A stretch of DNA of 64,000 nucleotides, from NCBI GenBank assembly GCA_050916045.1, contig CP051526.1, positions 1,696,001 to 1,760,000 on the forward strand. Direction: 5' to 3'. The position numbers and the translations under genes were made by a program. Origin of the DNA: Tepidisphaera sp. (lineage in GTDB: Bacteria > Planctomycetota > Phycisphaerae > Phycisphaerales > UBA1924). The first letter of the stretch is position 1, and each line of letters opens with the position of its first letter. Positions 17,159 to 26,024 of the stretch are shown here, one piece after another. A model generated the notes under the pieces. It was given only the letters and a program-made list of their open reading frames with translations, was not told the origin of the DNA and ran no database searches.

Positions 17159-19756
17159 TTGACGTCCCCTACAGATCTGACCATCGTGACGACTACTCCT
17201 GCCGGCAGGGGAGAAGCAACCCTCGGACCCTTCAGCACCTTTGTCGAAGCGACGCTCGGCCGCGGCGAAGACGCTCATATCTTCGTCAACGATCCCGCGG
17301 TAAGCCGAGTGCACGCGAGACTGTACCGACGGGGGCATGAGCTGCTCGTCGAGAACCTGAGCAAAGCCTCCGGCACGATGGTGGACGGGCGAATCATCGC
17401 CCTTGCGGTCCCTCTCACTCCGGGTCACCGCATCACGCTCGGAGATTCGATCGTCGAGGTGTACTGGCCGTCCCGAGACATGTCGGCTGCGACTCCAACA
17501 CCACCACCCAATGTTCATCTGGACACCACGGTTCTGCCTACGGCCCGAGGACTAGGCGGGCGGACCCCTCCGGCCCCGCTCCCGGCGATTGAGATGACGA
17601 TTCTCGGACGCCGATCGAACTCACAGGCGGGGGAAGCGGACTCTGACGCCCCGCACACACGACCAACCGCCGCCGTGCTCGACATCCCGCTCCAGGGTGC
17701 GAGCATGGTTCTGGGCCGTGACCCGTCGTGCGAGATTTCGCTCGTCGATGATCTGATGATCTCTCGCCGGCATGCCCTCTTCTCGCGGATGGGCGGCGGC
17801 TGGGCCGTGCGGGATCAAGGCTCGAGCAACGGGACCTTCCTGAACGGCGAACGTATCACCAAAGCTGCGGCGCTTGAGCCGGGGGACCTGGTCTCCATCG
17901 GGCCGTACCAGTTCACCTTCACGGGTGATGCACTCACAACCCGTCCTCCGGAGGCCGGTGCTTCGATCGAGGCTCGCGGCGTGGCAGTCCCGGGGCGCGG
18001 AAAGGACCTGGTGCTGCGCGACGTTTCCTTCAGCATCGAATCTGGCGAGCTGGTGGCGTTGCTCGGCATCTCGGGCTCGGGCAAGACCCGTCTCATGCAT
18101 GGGATGTGCGGTCGAGCGCCGTTGGCCGCGGGGCAAGTGTCCTACGACGGCCGCGACTTCACGGTCAACCAGGAGGCGATGCGGCGATCGATCGGGTACG
18201 TCCCGAGCTGGCTGACGCTTCACGATTCCCTCACGGTCGCCGATGGTCTGCGATTCGCGTCACGCTTGCGACTCTCCACTGACGCCTCCGACGATGAGAT
18301 CGAGGCGAACATCGATCGCGTGCTCGAGCAGTTGCGAATCAAAGAGCGTAAGCACGCCTCGATGAAGACGCTGTCCGATGGACAGAAGCGCCGCGTCGGA
18401 TTGGCGGTCGAGCTTCTGGGCTCGCCGCAGGTGATGCTCTTGGACGAGGTCACGACGGCTTTGGATCTCCCCACCCACTGCCAGTTCATGAAGCTCTTCC
18501 GAGATCTCGCCGACGGGGGCAAGTCGCTGCTGCTCATTTCGCACCATCTTGAGGATCTGGAGATGTGCGACAAATGGTTGTACTTGATCGGTGGGAGGGT
18601 CGCGTTCTTCGGGACGCCCGCGCGGTTCCTGACGCACTTCAAGGTCAAATCTCTCCGCGAGCAGCTGGAAGTCCAGGCCGGAAGCTCCAAGTCCGCCGAT
18701 CTGTGGGCCAAGGAGTTCGAGCAGGCTTTCGGCGGGCCGCCGCCAGCTCTGTCATCGGGCGGTCAGCCCGACAGCAGGCCCGCCGCCGCCGACGCCCCGC
18801 CGTCGCAGCGTCGGAAGGAGATCGTGCGTCAGGGCAAGCTCCTCACCCACCGGTACGTCACGCTCCTCAAGTCTGATCGGAAGAACCTCGCCATCATGCT
18901 CGGTTTGGCACCGGTGATCGCCTGCCTGATGCTCCTCCTGAACTCGGCGCTGCAGACCACCGTCGACAAGGCCAAGGATGCTGCGATGCAGTTCCCCAAG
19001 GATCAGGGGCGATTGGATATCTGGCGTCAGACCGAACTCGGCCAGAGCAAGACGATCGCCTTCATGCTGGTGACGTCCACGATCATCGTCGGCACGTTCA
19101 TGTCGGTGCGGGAGATCGTCAAGGAAACCGACATCCTCCGTCACGAGCGTTTTTCCAGTCTTGACTATGTATCCTACCTGTTGAGCAAGGCCGGCCCGCT
19201 CAGCATGCTCGCGGTCGCCAGCGCGGTAGGGATGACGCTGCTCCTGAGGGTGTTCGGCGGGGTCGACGCACTGGACGTCCCCTTCGGCTCCCTCGCGGCG
19301 ATGACGTCGGCCCTCGCGGTCTCGTCCGTCATGCTCGGCCTGCTCATTTCCGCGGCGGTTGACACCAGCGAGAAGGCGTTCATGGTCCTGGCGCCGATCC
19401 TGATCATGCAGCTGACGCTCGGCGGAGGCCTCGTGGAAATCAAGGGTGCGAAGATTGAACCTCTCGCCAAGATTGCAGTCACCGCATACTGGCCCTACTC
19501 GGGGACGGTCGATCAAGTACGCCCCTTCGATGCGCCCGGCCATCCTTACAGCACCGCCGTGGCTCAGAAGGACAAGAAGGACCTGAAGCCTCCCGGAGAA
19601 CCCTGGGGATTCGCCTTCACCGCGACACTGCTCCAGGGTCTTGCTTACCTGATGGGAACCTACGTGCTCTTGGTGCGCCGCGACGGTCGTCCGCTGTTGG
19701 CCTCGCTGAAGCGCGAAGCCAAGACCATCGGACTCCTCGGAAATGCCCCGAAGTAG
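17159..19756 (+). CDS. FHA-FHA-ABC ATPase-permease fusion (Rv1747-like exporter)
   Basis: Two FHA domains (LGR..VSRVHA; LGRD..ISRRHA..SSNGTFLNG); GISGSGKT; LSDGQ; LLDE; C-terminal ABC-2-type TM helices; TTG start after GGAG. Confidence 0.9.
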   Translation: MTSPTDLTIVTTTPAGRGEATLGPFSTFVEATLGRGEDAHIFVNDPAVSRVHARLYRRGHELLVENLSKASGTMVDGRIIALAVPLTPGHRITLGDSIVEVYWPSRDMSAATPTPPPNVHLDTTVLPTARGLGGRTPPAPLPAIEMTILGRRSNSQAGEADSDAPHTRPTAAVLDIPLQGASMVLGRDPSCEISLVDDLMISRRHALFSRMGGGWAVRDQGSSNGTFLNGERITKAAALEPGDLVSIGPYQFTFTGDALTTRPPEAGASIEARGVAVPGRGKDLVLRDVSFSIESGELVALLGISGSGKTRLMHGMCGRAPLAAGQVSYDGRDFTVNQEAMRRSIGYVPSWLTLHDSLTVADGLRFASRLRLSTDASDDEIEANIDRVLEQLRIKERKHASMKTLSDGQKRRVGLAVELLGSPQVMLLDEVTTALDLPTHCQFMKLFRDLADGGKSLLLISHHLEDLEMCDKWLYLIGGRVAFFGTPARFLTHFKVKSLREQLEVQAGSSKSADLWAKEFEQAFGGPPPALSSGGQPDSRPAAADAPPSQRRKEIVRQGKLLTHRYVTLLKSDRKNLAIMLGLAPVIACLMLLLNSALQTTVDKAKDAAMQFPKDQGRLDIWRQTELGQSKTIAFMLVTSTIIVGTFMSVREIVKETDILRHERFSSLDYVSYLLSKAGPLSMLAVASAVGMTLLLRVFGGVDALDVPFGSLAAMTSALAVSSVMLGLLISAAVDTSEKAFMVLAPILIMQLTLGGGLVEIKGAKIEPLAKIAVTAYWPYSGTVDQVRPFDAPGHPYSTAVAQKDKKDLKPPGEPWGFAFTATLLQGLAYLMGTYVLLVRRDGRPLLASLKREAKTIGLLGNAPK

Positions 19757-19863
19757 CCGGCGGCTTGGCACAACCGGTGCGATGGGGCATGGCGCACCCG
19801 TCGCACGATGACGGGTGATGTCGTGGTTCCGCCAACGCAGCGCCGACCGACCTCGCCGCGGAA

Positions 19864-20838
19864 TCAGTCCTTGATGTCTTCGAGCCGCTTCACCCGATCA
19901 TTCCCCGCGGGGTGCGACCGGTAGTGGCGCTTCATCGCGTTGATGGCCTCGCCCGCCGGTGTACTCGCCTTCTTGTCCAGGTCGTCGTGCACGTTGTTCT
20001 TTTGCGCGAACGCCTCCAGGACCCTGACGAACTGGATCCTGTCCGCCTTCGGCACGCCGAGCTTCCGCTGCGCCTCATACGCGTACTTGTCGCTCTCGAA
20101 CTCCTGGTCTTCGGAGTACCCGAGAACGATGATGTTCTGCAACTGCGAGGCGATGTTGCCCGCGAGGTTGCCGCCGATCTCCGCAGCCCGAATCCCCGCC
20201 AGCGATCCCTTGGCGCAGTGCTCCAACTCGACATGACCAATCTCGTGCCCGATCACCGATTGAATGGCGACGTCCGACTTCATCTCGTCGAGGAGCCCGC
20301 GGAAGATGAACACGTTCCCGCCGACGAAGGCGAACGCGTTCATCGTGGAATCCTCGATCAGCGTAAAGGTGTACCGCCGTCCCTTCGTCCGCACAAGCTG
20401 CGCCAAGATTGGCTGGGCGAGCTTCTCGATGCGCTGCTGAGCAGACAGATCGGTCGACACTCTGAACTGCTTCAGGATCTCCGCCCGAATGACCTCTCCG
20501 TGTTTCCATTCCTCATCGATGCTCAGACCTACAAGCCCGTTGGCGATGTCCGTGGCCGTTCGGCCCAAACTGCCCGCGAGGTCGCCGATTCCTCTTATGC
20601 GATCCTGCGCATCCGGGGGCTTGCCGTCCTTCCCGGTCTTGAGCGTATCGATCACCTTGTCGGCGGCCCCCTTGGCCTTGTCGGCCGCGTCAGAGACCGT
20701 CTGCGCAGGCCCCTTGACGAACTTGTTGTAGGCGAAGTACCCAGCCACTGCGATTGCCGCAACCACGAGTAGCCGTACGCTTCCCCCATCGAGTCCCTTT
20801 GACACAGCGTCACCTTCGGTTTCTCTAGCGTTTGTCAT
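19864..20838 (-). CDS. M48-family Zn metallopeptidase, membrane-anchored
   Basis: MNAFAFVGGNVFI; HEIGH; YSEDQEFESD; SHP...R; start approximate. Confidence 0.9.
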   Translation of the reverse strand: MTNARETEGDAVSKGLDGGSVRLLVVAAIAVAGYFAYNKFVKGPAQTVSDAADKAKGAADKVIDTLKTGKDGKPPDAQDRIRGIGDLAGSLGRTATDIANGLVGLSIDEEWKHGEVIRAEILKQFRVSTDLSAQQRIEKLAQPILAQLVRTKGRRYTFTLIEDSTMNAFAFVGGNVFIFRGLLDEMKSDVAIQSVIGHEIGHVELEHCAKGSLAGIRAAEIGGNLAGNIASQLQNIIVLGYSEDQEFESDKYAYEAQRKLGVPKADRIQFVRVLEAFAQKNNVHDDLDKKASTPAGEAINAMKRHYRSHPAGNDRVKRLEDIKD

Positions 20839-20882
20839 AGAACCCTCACCAACTGCAGGCCGTCTGGGCATTCCTGATACAC

Positions 20883-21464
20883 CTACTTCGATTCAACTGC
20901 ACTGAACTTTCCATCAACATACACAATATCGTAGATTTGGAATTTTGAGATCCCCGTCACCACATTGACCAGTTCAAGTCTTAGAGTGTACATTGCAGTT
21001 CCCGGGTTTCCGGCATTCAACGTGTACCCCATTTCACCAAGAATCAGAAAATCAACCGCTGCTCTACTCGCGGCACTCTGCTTTTCGGAGGCGGCAACTC
21101 TCTCGTTATCGTCCACTGTCCTGTTAATCTCATCCGAGTTTTGTCTCGCCGTAACGAACTCGGCCTTATCGGAGTTCGAGATCGCCACCGTGATCGGATC
21201 AACCAATTTTTTGATATCTACACGGCAGTTGAGATCGGGCTTGATAGAGCCGACCTGTACCCGCGGAATCCGTCCGATATCTGAGCGAAAACTCTCCGCC
21301 CAAGGAATGCTGAAGAACTTCTCCGCGACTACTTCGGCACCACGCCTGTACTCAAGCGCACCGATGCTAACGCTCGGCGAAGTGGGAGCGGATGAGCATG
21401 CCGGCACAAATAGAAGTGCGACAGACCACAATGACGCGAGCACCAGTACAATATTTGTTTTCAT
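20883..21464 (-). CDS. Lipoprotein, LpoB/CsgG-like fold probable
   Basis: Lipobox-like VPAC; AVDFLILGEM...YTLRLELVNVVTG; lies downstream of a COG3014-like gene; visibly more AT-rich. Confidence 0.6.
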   Translation of the reverse strand: MKTNIVLVLASLWSVALLFVPACSSAPTSPSVSIGALEYRRGAEVVAEKFFSIPWAESFRSDIGRIPRVQVGSIKPDLNCRVDIKKLVDPITVAISNSDKAEFVTARQNSDEINRTVDDNERVAASEKQSAASRAAVDFLILGEMGYTLNAGNPGTAMYTLRLELVNVVTGISKFQIYDIVYVDGKFSAVESK

Positions 21465-21520
21465 GCATTTCTCCGAAACCGCATTCTTGTGATTTGGACA
21501 ACCCGGCTGACCTAGACGAT

Positions 21521-22939
21521 CTACCTCGGGCTTCTTGCCACCACAGCTGTCACCCCGGACTGATTCGCCGCCACCTTGGTCCAGGGACCCTCGTACAGCA
21601 CCACGTCCGTTGCGTTCGTAAAAACTACTCTTACTTCGTGCTCTCCGGGTGACACTCGAAGCAGCGCGACTCGGGCTTGAGCTGGAAGCGTTGTCCAGCT
21701 CCTTCTGTCCGCTCGCTCCGTCAAATAGATCCAGCCAGCCCCCAGTGCGCCCGTAACAGATGTCCACCAGCCACGATCGTCGTTCCGGGAGACGACGATC
21801 GTCCCGGCGGTCACAATTCCTGCCTTCACCGTCATTCGAATGGCTGCGCGATAGTAGATCGCGTCCTCGCTGCGTCTAAAATTCTCAGCGACCACAGCCG
21901 CCATGTCCTCGACAAGGTGCAGATCCACCGGATTCCCGCCTCGCACTTCCACGCGGGCCTTGGATACGTCAGAATGGACCGGCCTGAGCACTGGAACCGA
22001 CGCCGGCAAGACCTGATCCAGAACTGGAACCTTCAGGGCTCGACTTCCGAACTCTGGTGCGCGTCCGGAGAGCGCCACGACCACCAGGTTGCCGACAGAG
22101 GCTTCCTGCGATCCAAACTTCGAGAAAGCTTCCCGCTCCAGACGCTGGCCGCCATCCGGAGCGTCTGCAAGAGCGGCATTGAACTGCGATGCCGAAAGCT
22201 CCGCCTTGTCCGGAATGCCGGCGTGGGCAAACGTGATCGTCGATAAGTACATGCCGAGAGGGGAGTTGAGGAACATCCCGCTCCGCTGCGACGTCTGTCC
22301 TCCATCGGCTGCGCTTTGCTGGGGAGCACCACTTTGGCTCTGCTCCTTCATGCTCTTGACCATCGCCGCGTACTGATTGTCCTTGTCCTGCTGCTTGATT
22401 TGATCGAGAACTGTGGCGTATTGAGCGTTCAAAAAGGCTACTTTGTCAAGCTGCCGGTTCGCATCGACTATCGCCCCATTCTCAAGTTTGCTTTTGGCGA
22501 GACTTGCTGCTTGGGAGAGAGCGCTGACATAAATGTCTTCATGCGGTCTCGCGTAATACGCCGCGGTACCGTCATTGTTGATCCATTGAAGCACGCTGTC
22601 CCACGTCTTCATTTCGTAGTTGAACGCGGACGATTGCTGCGCCTCATCAAAGGCGGCAACGGCGTCGTCATAGTCGCCCGCGCTGAGGGCCGTTGAACCG
22701 CGCTCGAGCCGGAGCAGGAGGAAGTTCTTGCTGTCGACGCCCTCGTAGACGTCGTGGGTCTTGGGGTCGAACGCCACCGCCTTCGCTTCCACAAACTTTC
22801 CCTGGTCTGTGAGGCTGGCAAGCTCCGCCTGCTTGTCCTCGATCGAGGTGCAGGCCCCGAGGGCCAAGGCAAGCCATGCTCCCATCAAGATTTGAGTAAC
22901 CGGGTGGACCGAGCGATGCGTGCCGGACAGGTGATTCAT
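21521..22939 (-). CDS. COG3014-like TPR lipoprotein
   Basis: Lipobox LGAC; LLRLERG...; Y-ARPHE; ADRRSWTTLP...LLRVSPGEHEV. Confidence 0.75.
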   Translation of the reverse strand: MNHLSGTHRSVHPVTQILMGAWLALALGACTSIEDKQAELASLTDQGKFVEAKAVAFDPKTHDVYEGVDSKNFLLLRLERGSTALSAGDYDDAVAAFDEAQQSSAFNYEMKTWDSVLQWINNDGTAAYYARPHEDIYVSALSQAASLAKSKLENGAIVDANRQLDKVAFLNAQYATVLDQIKQQDKDNQYAAMVKSMKEQSQSGAPQQSAADGGQTSQRSGMFLNSPLGMYLSTITFAHAGIPDKAELSASQFNAALADAPDGGQRLEREAFSKFGSQEASVGNLVVVALSGRAPEFGSRALKVPVLDQVLPASVPVLRPVHSDVSKARVEVRGGNPVDLHLVEDMAAVVAENFRRSEDAIYYRAAIRMTVKAGIVTAGTIVVSRNDDRGWWTSVTGALGAGWIYLTERADRRSWTTLPAQARVALLRVSPGEHEVRVVFTNATDVVLYEGPWTKVAANQSGVTAVVARSPR

Positions 22940-23042
22940 GTTCCCTCCACGATTAGGATCGCAGCGTACACGCTCCCTTAAGCGGTGTCAACCGATGGGA
23001 CGAGTCGCTATACTCCCGCAGGTAGACTCAGGAGGATCTCAC

Positions 23043-23984
23043 ATGCGCGTCTCTCGATGGTTGTCGTTTCCGGTTGGGCTCGGCGTGGTGCTCTTGACGG
23101 CCTGCAGCCAGCCCTACGTCGCTGAAGTTCGGAACGAGACCGGTCACTATGCGACCGTTGGTCTCTATCTGAGCACCACCGCGAACACGGGACAGCTTCT
23201 GCAAAGTGCCAGCCTTGCCCCGAGGGAGAAGGCGTCGCTGAGCGTGGAAACCGCACCCGGAAGCCGATCGCTCTATGTCGAGGCCGACAGCCTTGGGCAA
23301 ACGGGCGTCCCTCCGCGCCACAGTCTGTCCGGACCGGGTCGGACCATCCTTGTGCTTCGACCCATGGGGAATCTCCCGAGTTCGCCGATGCGGCTTGAGA
23401 TCTTGGAGGATCCCTCCGGTTCGGTGAGCGTACCCACGTCGAGCGCTGGCGAGACCGCGAAGAACACGGAGGCACCTCGCGTCACCTCCCGGCCCGATCC
23501 TCAGCCTCCGGTCCCGGTACAAACCCCAGTATTTCCGACGTCCGTCCCTTCGCCGAGTTCCAACGCTCCGATCGCGTCAAAGCCGCCTGAGCGGACCTCT
23601 GCTCCAGCCCCCTCTGTGGCGGCAATTCCCGTGCTTTCCGCCACGGCAGACGAGGTCACGATGGACGTGAGCTCGATCAAACGTTCCGGCCGCTCGATTC
23701 TCATCGAGTTCACGGCGCATAGCACGTCCCGAAACGCGGATCTCGTGTGCCGAGTCGAGTTGTGCAAAGCGATGGCCAGCGGCGGTCGTCAGTTTGCCGC
23801 GACCCAACTTGTCCTGGGACCGGCCGGGCAGGACAAGTCTTATCTTCTTCTGCTCAAGGACGACAAGATCGAGGGCCGCATGCGCATCGACGATGTGCCC
23901 GATGACGTCGCCTCCTTGACGGCTCTTGTCATCGAGTTCACCAACCTTCGCTTCTCTTGGCAGCAGAGCATACCGATTCAGTGA
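23043..23984 (+). CDS. Lipoprotein with two domains separated by a Pro-rich linker
   Basis: AGGAGG RBS; MRVSRW...LLTAC lipobox. Confidence 0.75.
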   Translation: MRVSRWLSFPVGLGVVLLTACSQPYVAEVRNETGHYATVGLYLSTTANTGQLLQSASLAPREKASLSVETAPGSRSLYVEADSLGQTGVPPRHSLSGPGRTILVLRPMGNLPSSPMRLEILEDPSGSVSVPTSSAGETAKNTEAPRVTSRPDPQPPVPVQTPVFPTSVPSPSSNAPIASKPPERTSAPAPSVAAIPVLSATADEVTMDVSSIKRSGRSILIEFTAHSTSRNADLVCRVELCKAMASGGRQFAATQLVLGPAGQDKSYLLLLKDDKIEGRMRIDDVPDDVASLTALVIEFTNLRFSWQQSIPIQ

Positions 23985-24042
23985 GCTGGTTCGTGATTCA
24001 CCTCCTCTCAGCATCTCTAGGTACTCCAGGGAGACCCGCCGC

Positions 24043-24588
24043 ATGAGCGACCAACGTGATTGGCTCCAGTCCCTGCCCCCAGAACAGAAAGAGGCGGTCC
24101 TCGCGAGAGCGAGAGCCGCAAAGACGCAGCGTCGAGAAGAGGTGGTCAACGAGCAGGTGCAGCTCGGCACGCCCGCGAACGACCGGTACCTCAAAGAGTC
24201 CGCGGAGATCTCCGCGAACCGCGCGTACAACGATTCGATTGATCGCGATCGGTCTGAGCATCACAACCGCGGCGCCCAGCACCAGAACCTCTCGAACGAC
24301 CGGTCGGCGGCGCCTGAACCAAAGCCCGAGGCAAAGACCAACCGCAACGAACGCTCAATCGCGGATGAGCCGGCGCGTGGAAAGACCGCCGGTCCATCTC
24401 AAGGCGACAGCGCCGTCAAGAAGGAATCTCTGGCGACGCAGCAACTGCAGTCGTACTTGGACAAGCACGGAGCGAAGTCCTCTGATCAGCCGGCCCACGG
24501 AGCTTCACCACCCGAACAAAGCCAACGGGAGAAGTCGTCCCAGAAAGTCGTACCGATCGACTCCGCGAAGACCCGCAGCCGTCGGTAG
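24043..24588 (+). CDS. Hydrophilic hypothetical protein with basic C-terminus
   Basis: GGAG RBS; 181 aa; ends SAKTRSRR. Confidence 0.65.
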   Translation: MSDQRDWLQSLPPEQKEAVLARARAAKTQRREEVVNEQVQLGTPANDRYLKESAEISANRAYNDSIDRDRSEHHNRGAQHQNLSNDRSAAPEPKPEAKTNRNERSIADEPARGKTAGPSQGDSAVKKESLATQQLQSYLDKHGAKSSDQPAHGASPPEQSQREKSSQKVVPIDSAKTRSRR

Positions 24589-24699
24589 CCAGAGCGCGTT
24601 CGACGCGGGCGTCGATCCGGTCTGGCACCGCCTCCATCTTGCATGTGTGAACGACCTGAGTGCGGGCGTACACCCTTTGGCGGCCCCAGTGGGGGCGAA

Positions 24700-24855
24700 C
24701 TACCACCTGTCGCTTTCCGGCTGCTCTGTGCAACCAAGCAGCTTCTCCAGCCGGATCAGGCGGTCGCGAAGAGATGCGAGTTCTGCGTCTCGTGCGGCGA
24801 GCTCGCGACCCTTCTCTTCCCGAAGATCTCGCAGCGCCTCGACGAGCGGGGCGGT
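24700..24855 (-). pseudogene. C-terminal coiled-coil remnant resembling the end of peptidase S74/tail-fibre chaperone proteins
   Basis: Minus frame APLVEALRDLREEKGRELAARDAELASLRDRLIRLEKLL...stop, with no upstream body. Confidence 0.45.
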
Positions 24856-24925
24856 TCGCTCCACGCGTTCGCCGGGGATCGTCGAAGTTCACTGGGTGCT
24901 CCACGTGCTTGTCCGTGCGGAGCAT

Positions 24926-24986
24926 TGGTCTTGACCCCGCAATCTGGTCCAGCGTGAATGAGAGATATCTGGGGTGATTCCGGCCT
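24926..24986 (+). mobile_element. Isolated IS3 left end
   Basis: 56 of 61 nt identical to the reverse complement of 324-384. Confidence 0.9.
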
Positions 24987-25495
24987 TTGCTTGGAAGCCC
25001 GAGGGTGGTCCGCCGCTCAGTGTGATCAGCGTCTACAACCCGGCATGGCCTCTCGACGGAAGCGCGTTTGCGGGTGTTGACATGAACGCAGTGCGATGGA
25101 CACAGCAGGCCACTGACGTGTGGCTGGCGGACCTTTTGTGGTCCAGGCTCCAAGTGTTGCCCAAGAGTGATGGAGCCCCGTGGATCATCGGTGGCGATTT
25201 CAATTTATCGGAGTCTTTCGACAAGTGGCGAGGGGGACCGCATGGCAATCGCGAGTACCTCGATCGCATGAGAAGGTTGGGTCTCGTCGAGTGCCTGCGA
25301 CACTTCAATTCAAAGCCCGTGCCGACGTTTAAAAACGTCGATGGTGGCGAGGTCCTTCACCAGATCGACCACGTATTTGCAAGCAAGACGCTGGCAGCGG
25401 CCCTCACATCTTCCACAACGGGTTCCCATGAACGAGTGTTTGAATCGAAAATAAGTGATCATCTGCCGGTGATTGCCGATTTCCAGTTGCAGTAA
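24987..25495 (+). pseudogene. 5'-truncated endonuclease/exonuclease/phosphatase (EEP) family gene
   Basis: IIGGDFN, QIDHVF and SDHLPV present; N-terminal motifs missing; begins at the IS end. Confidence 0.75.
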
Positions 25496-25730
25496 ATCGT
25501 CCCAACGTCGACAGCCACGTGCCGCGGAGGGACCCATCAGCCGGTTCTGGGGCCAAGTGGCTCTGCGCGGCACTAGCACCACTGCCCCGGAATTGACCCG
25601 GTTGGCCATCAACAACGACTTAATGAAGCCGAATACTGACCGGCTGAATGGGCTCCGCAAGTGCTGGGAAAACAGTGGCTTACGTGATTATTCCTTGATC
25701 CTCGCCAATGGCGGCGGACGGGCTGCTTTA

Positions 25731-25746
25731 TTCCCCCCCTCTCCGC
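25731..25746 (+). other. Putative att site: tRNA-Ser-like 3' fragment
   Basis: TT-CCCCC-CCTCTCC-G-C parses as T-loop end, T-stem 3' strand, acceptor 3' strand and G discriminator; no 5' part of a tRNA upstream. Confidence 0.6.
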
Positions 25747-25752
25747 TTCAAG

Positions 25753-25780
25753 CAGCCCTTGCGAATGCAAGGGCTGTTTT
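25753..25780 (+). terminator. Intrinsic terminator
   Basis: CAGCCCTTGC-GAAT-GCAAGGGCTG-TTTT. Confidence 0.8.
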
Positions 25781-26024
25781 CGTAGGGACTTGTGTGAGTT
25801 TGGCGGTCAGGCGCGGGGGCTCTGTCCCGTTGAACCGCCCCGTGAGGAACGGGCGAAGGCCTTGCAGGCCGCGGCGGGCGAGACTCCTTGACTGACGGCG
25901 ACGGTGTCGCGATCGTCGACTCATTTCAAGGTCCCGTTGCGCAGCGCCGAGATGCCTCGCACCCGAGGTCGAGCTTCTGAAACTCCACCTGCCGCGGCTC
26001 GCGCGACCCGAGCCGGGCGGCATG

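Noticed and set aside
6120..19756. Type VI secretion locus (ClpV, kinase, FHA)
   Set aside because: No TssB/C, Hcp, VgrG or TssL/M recognisable; the ATPases lack ClpV N and D1 domains.
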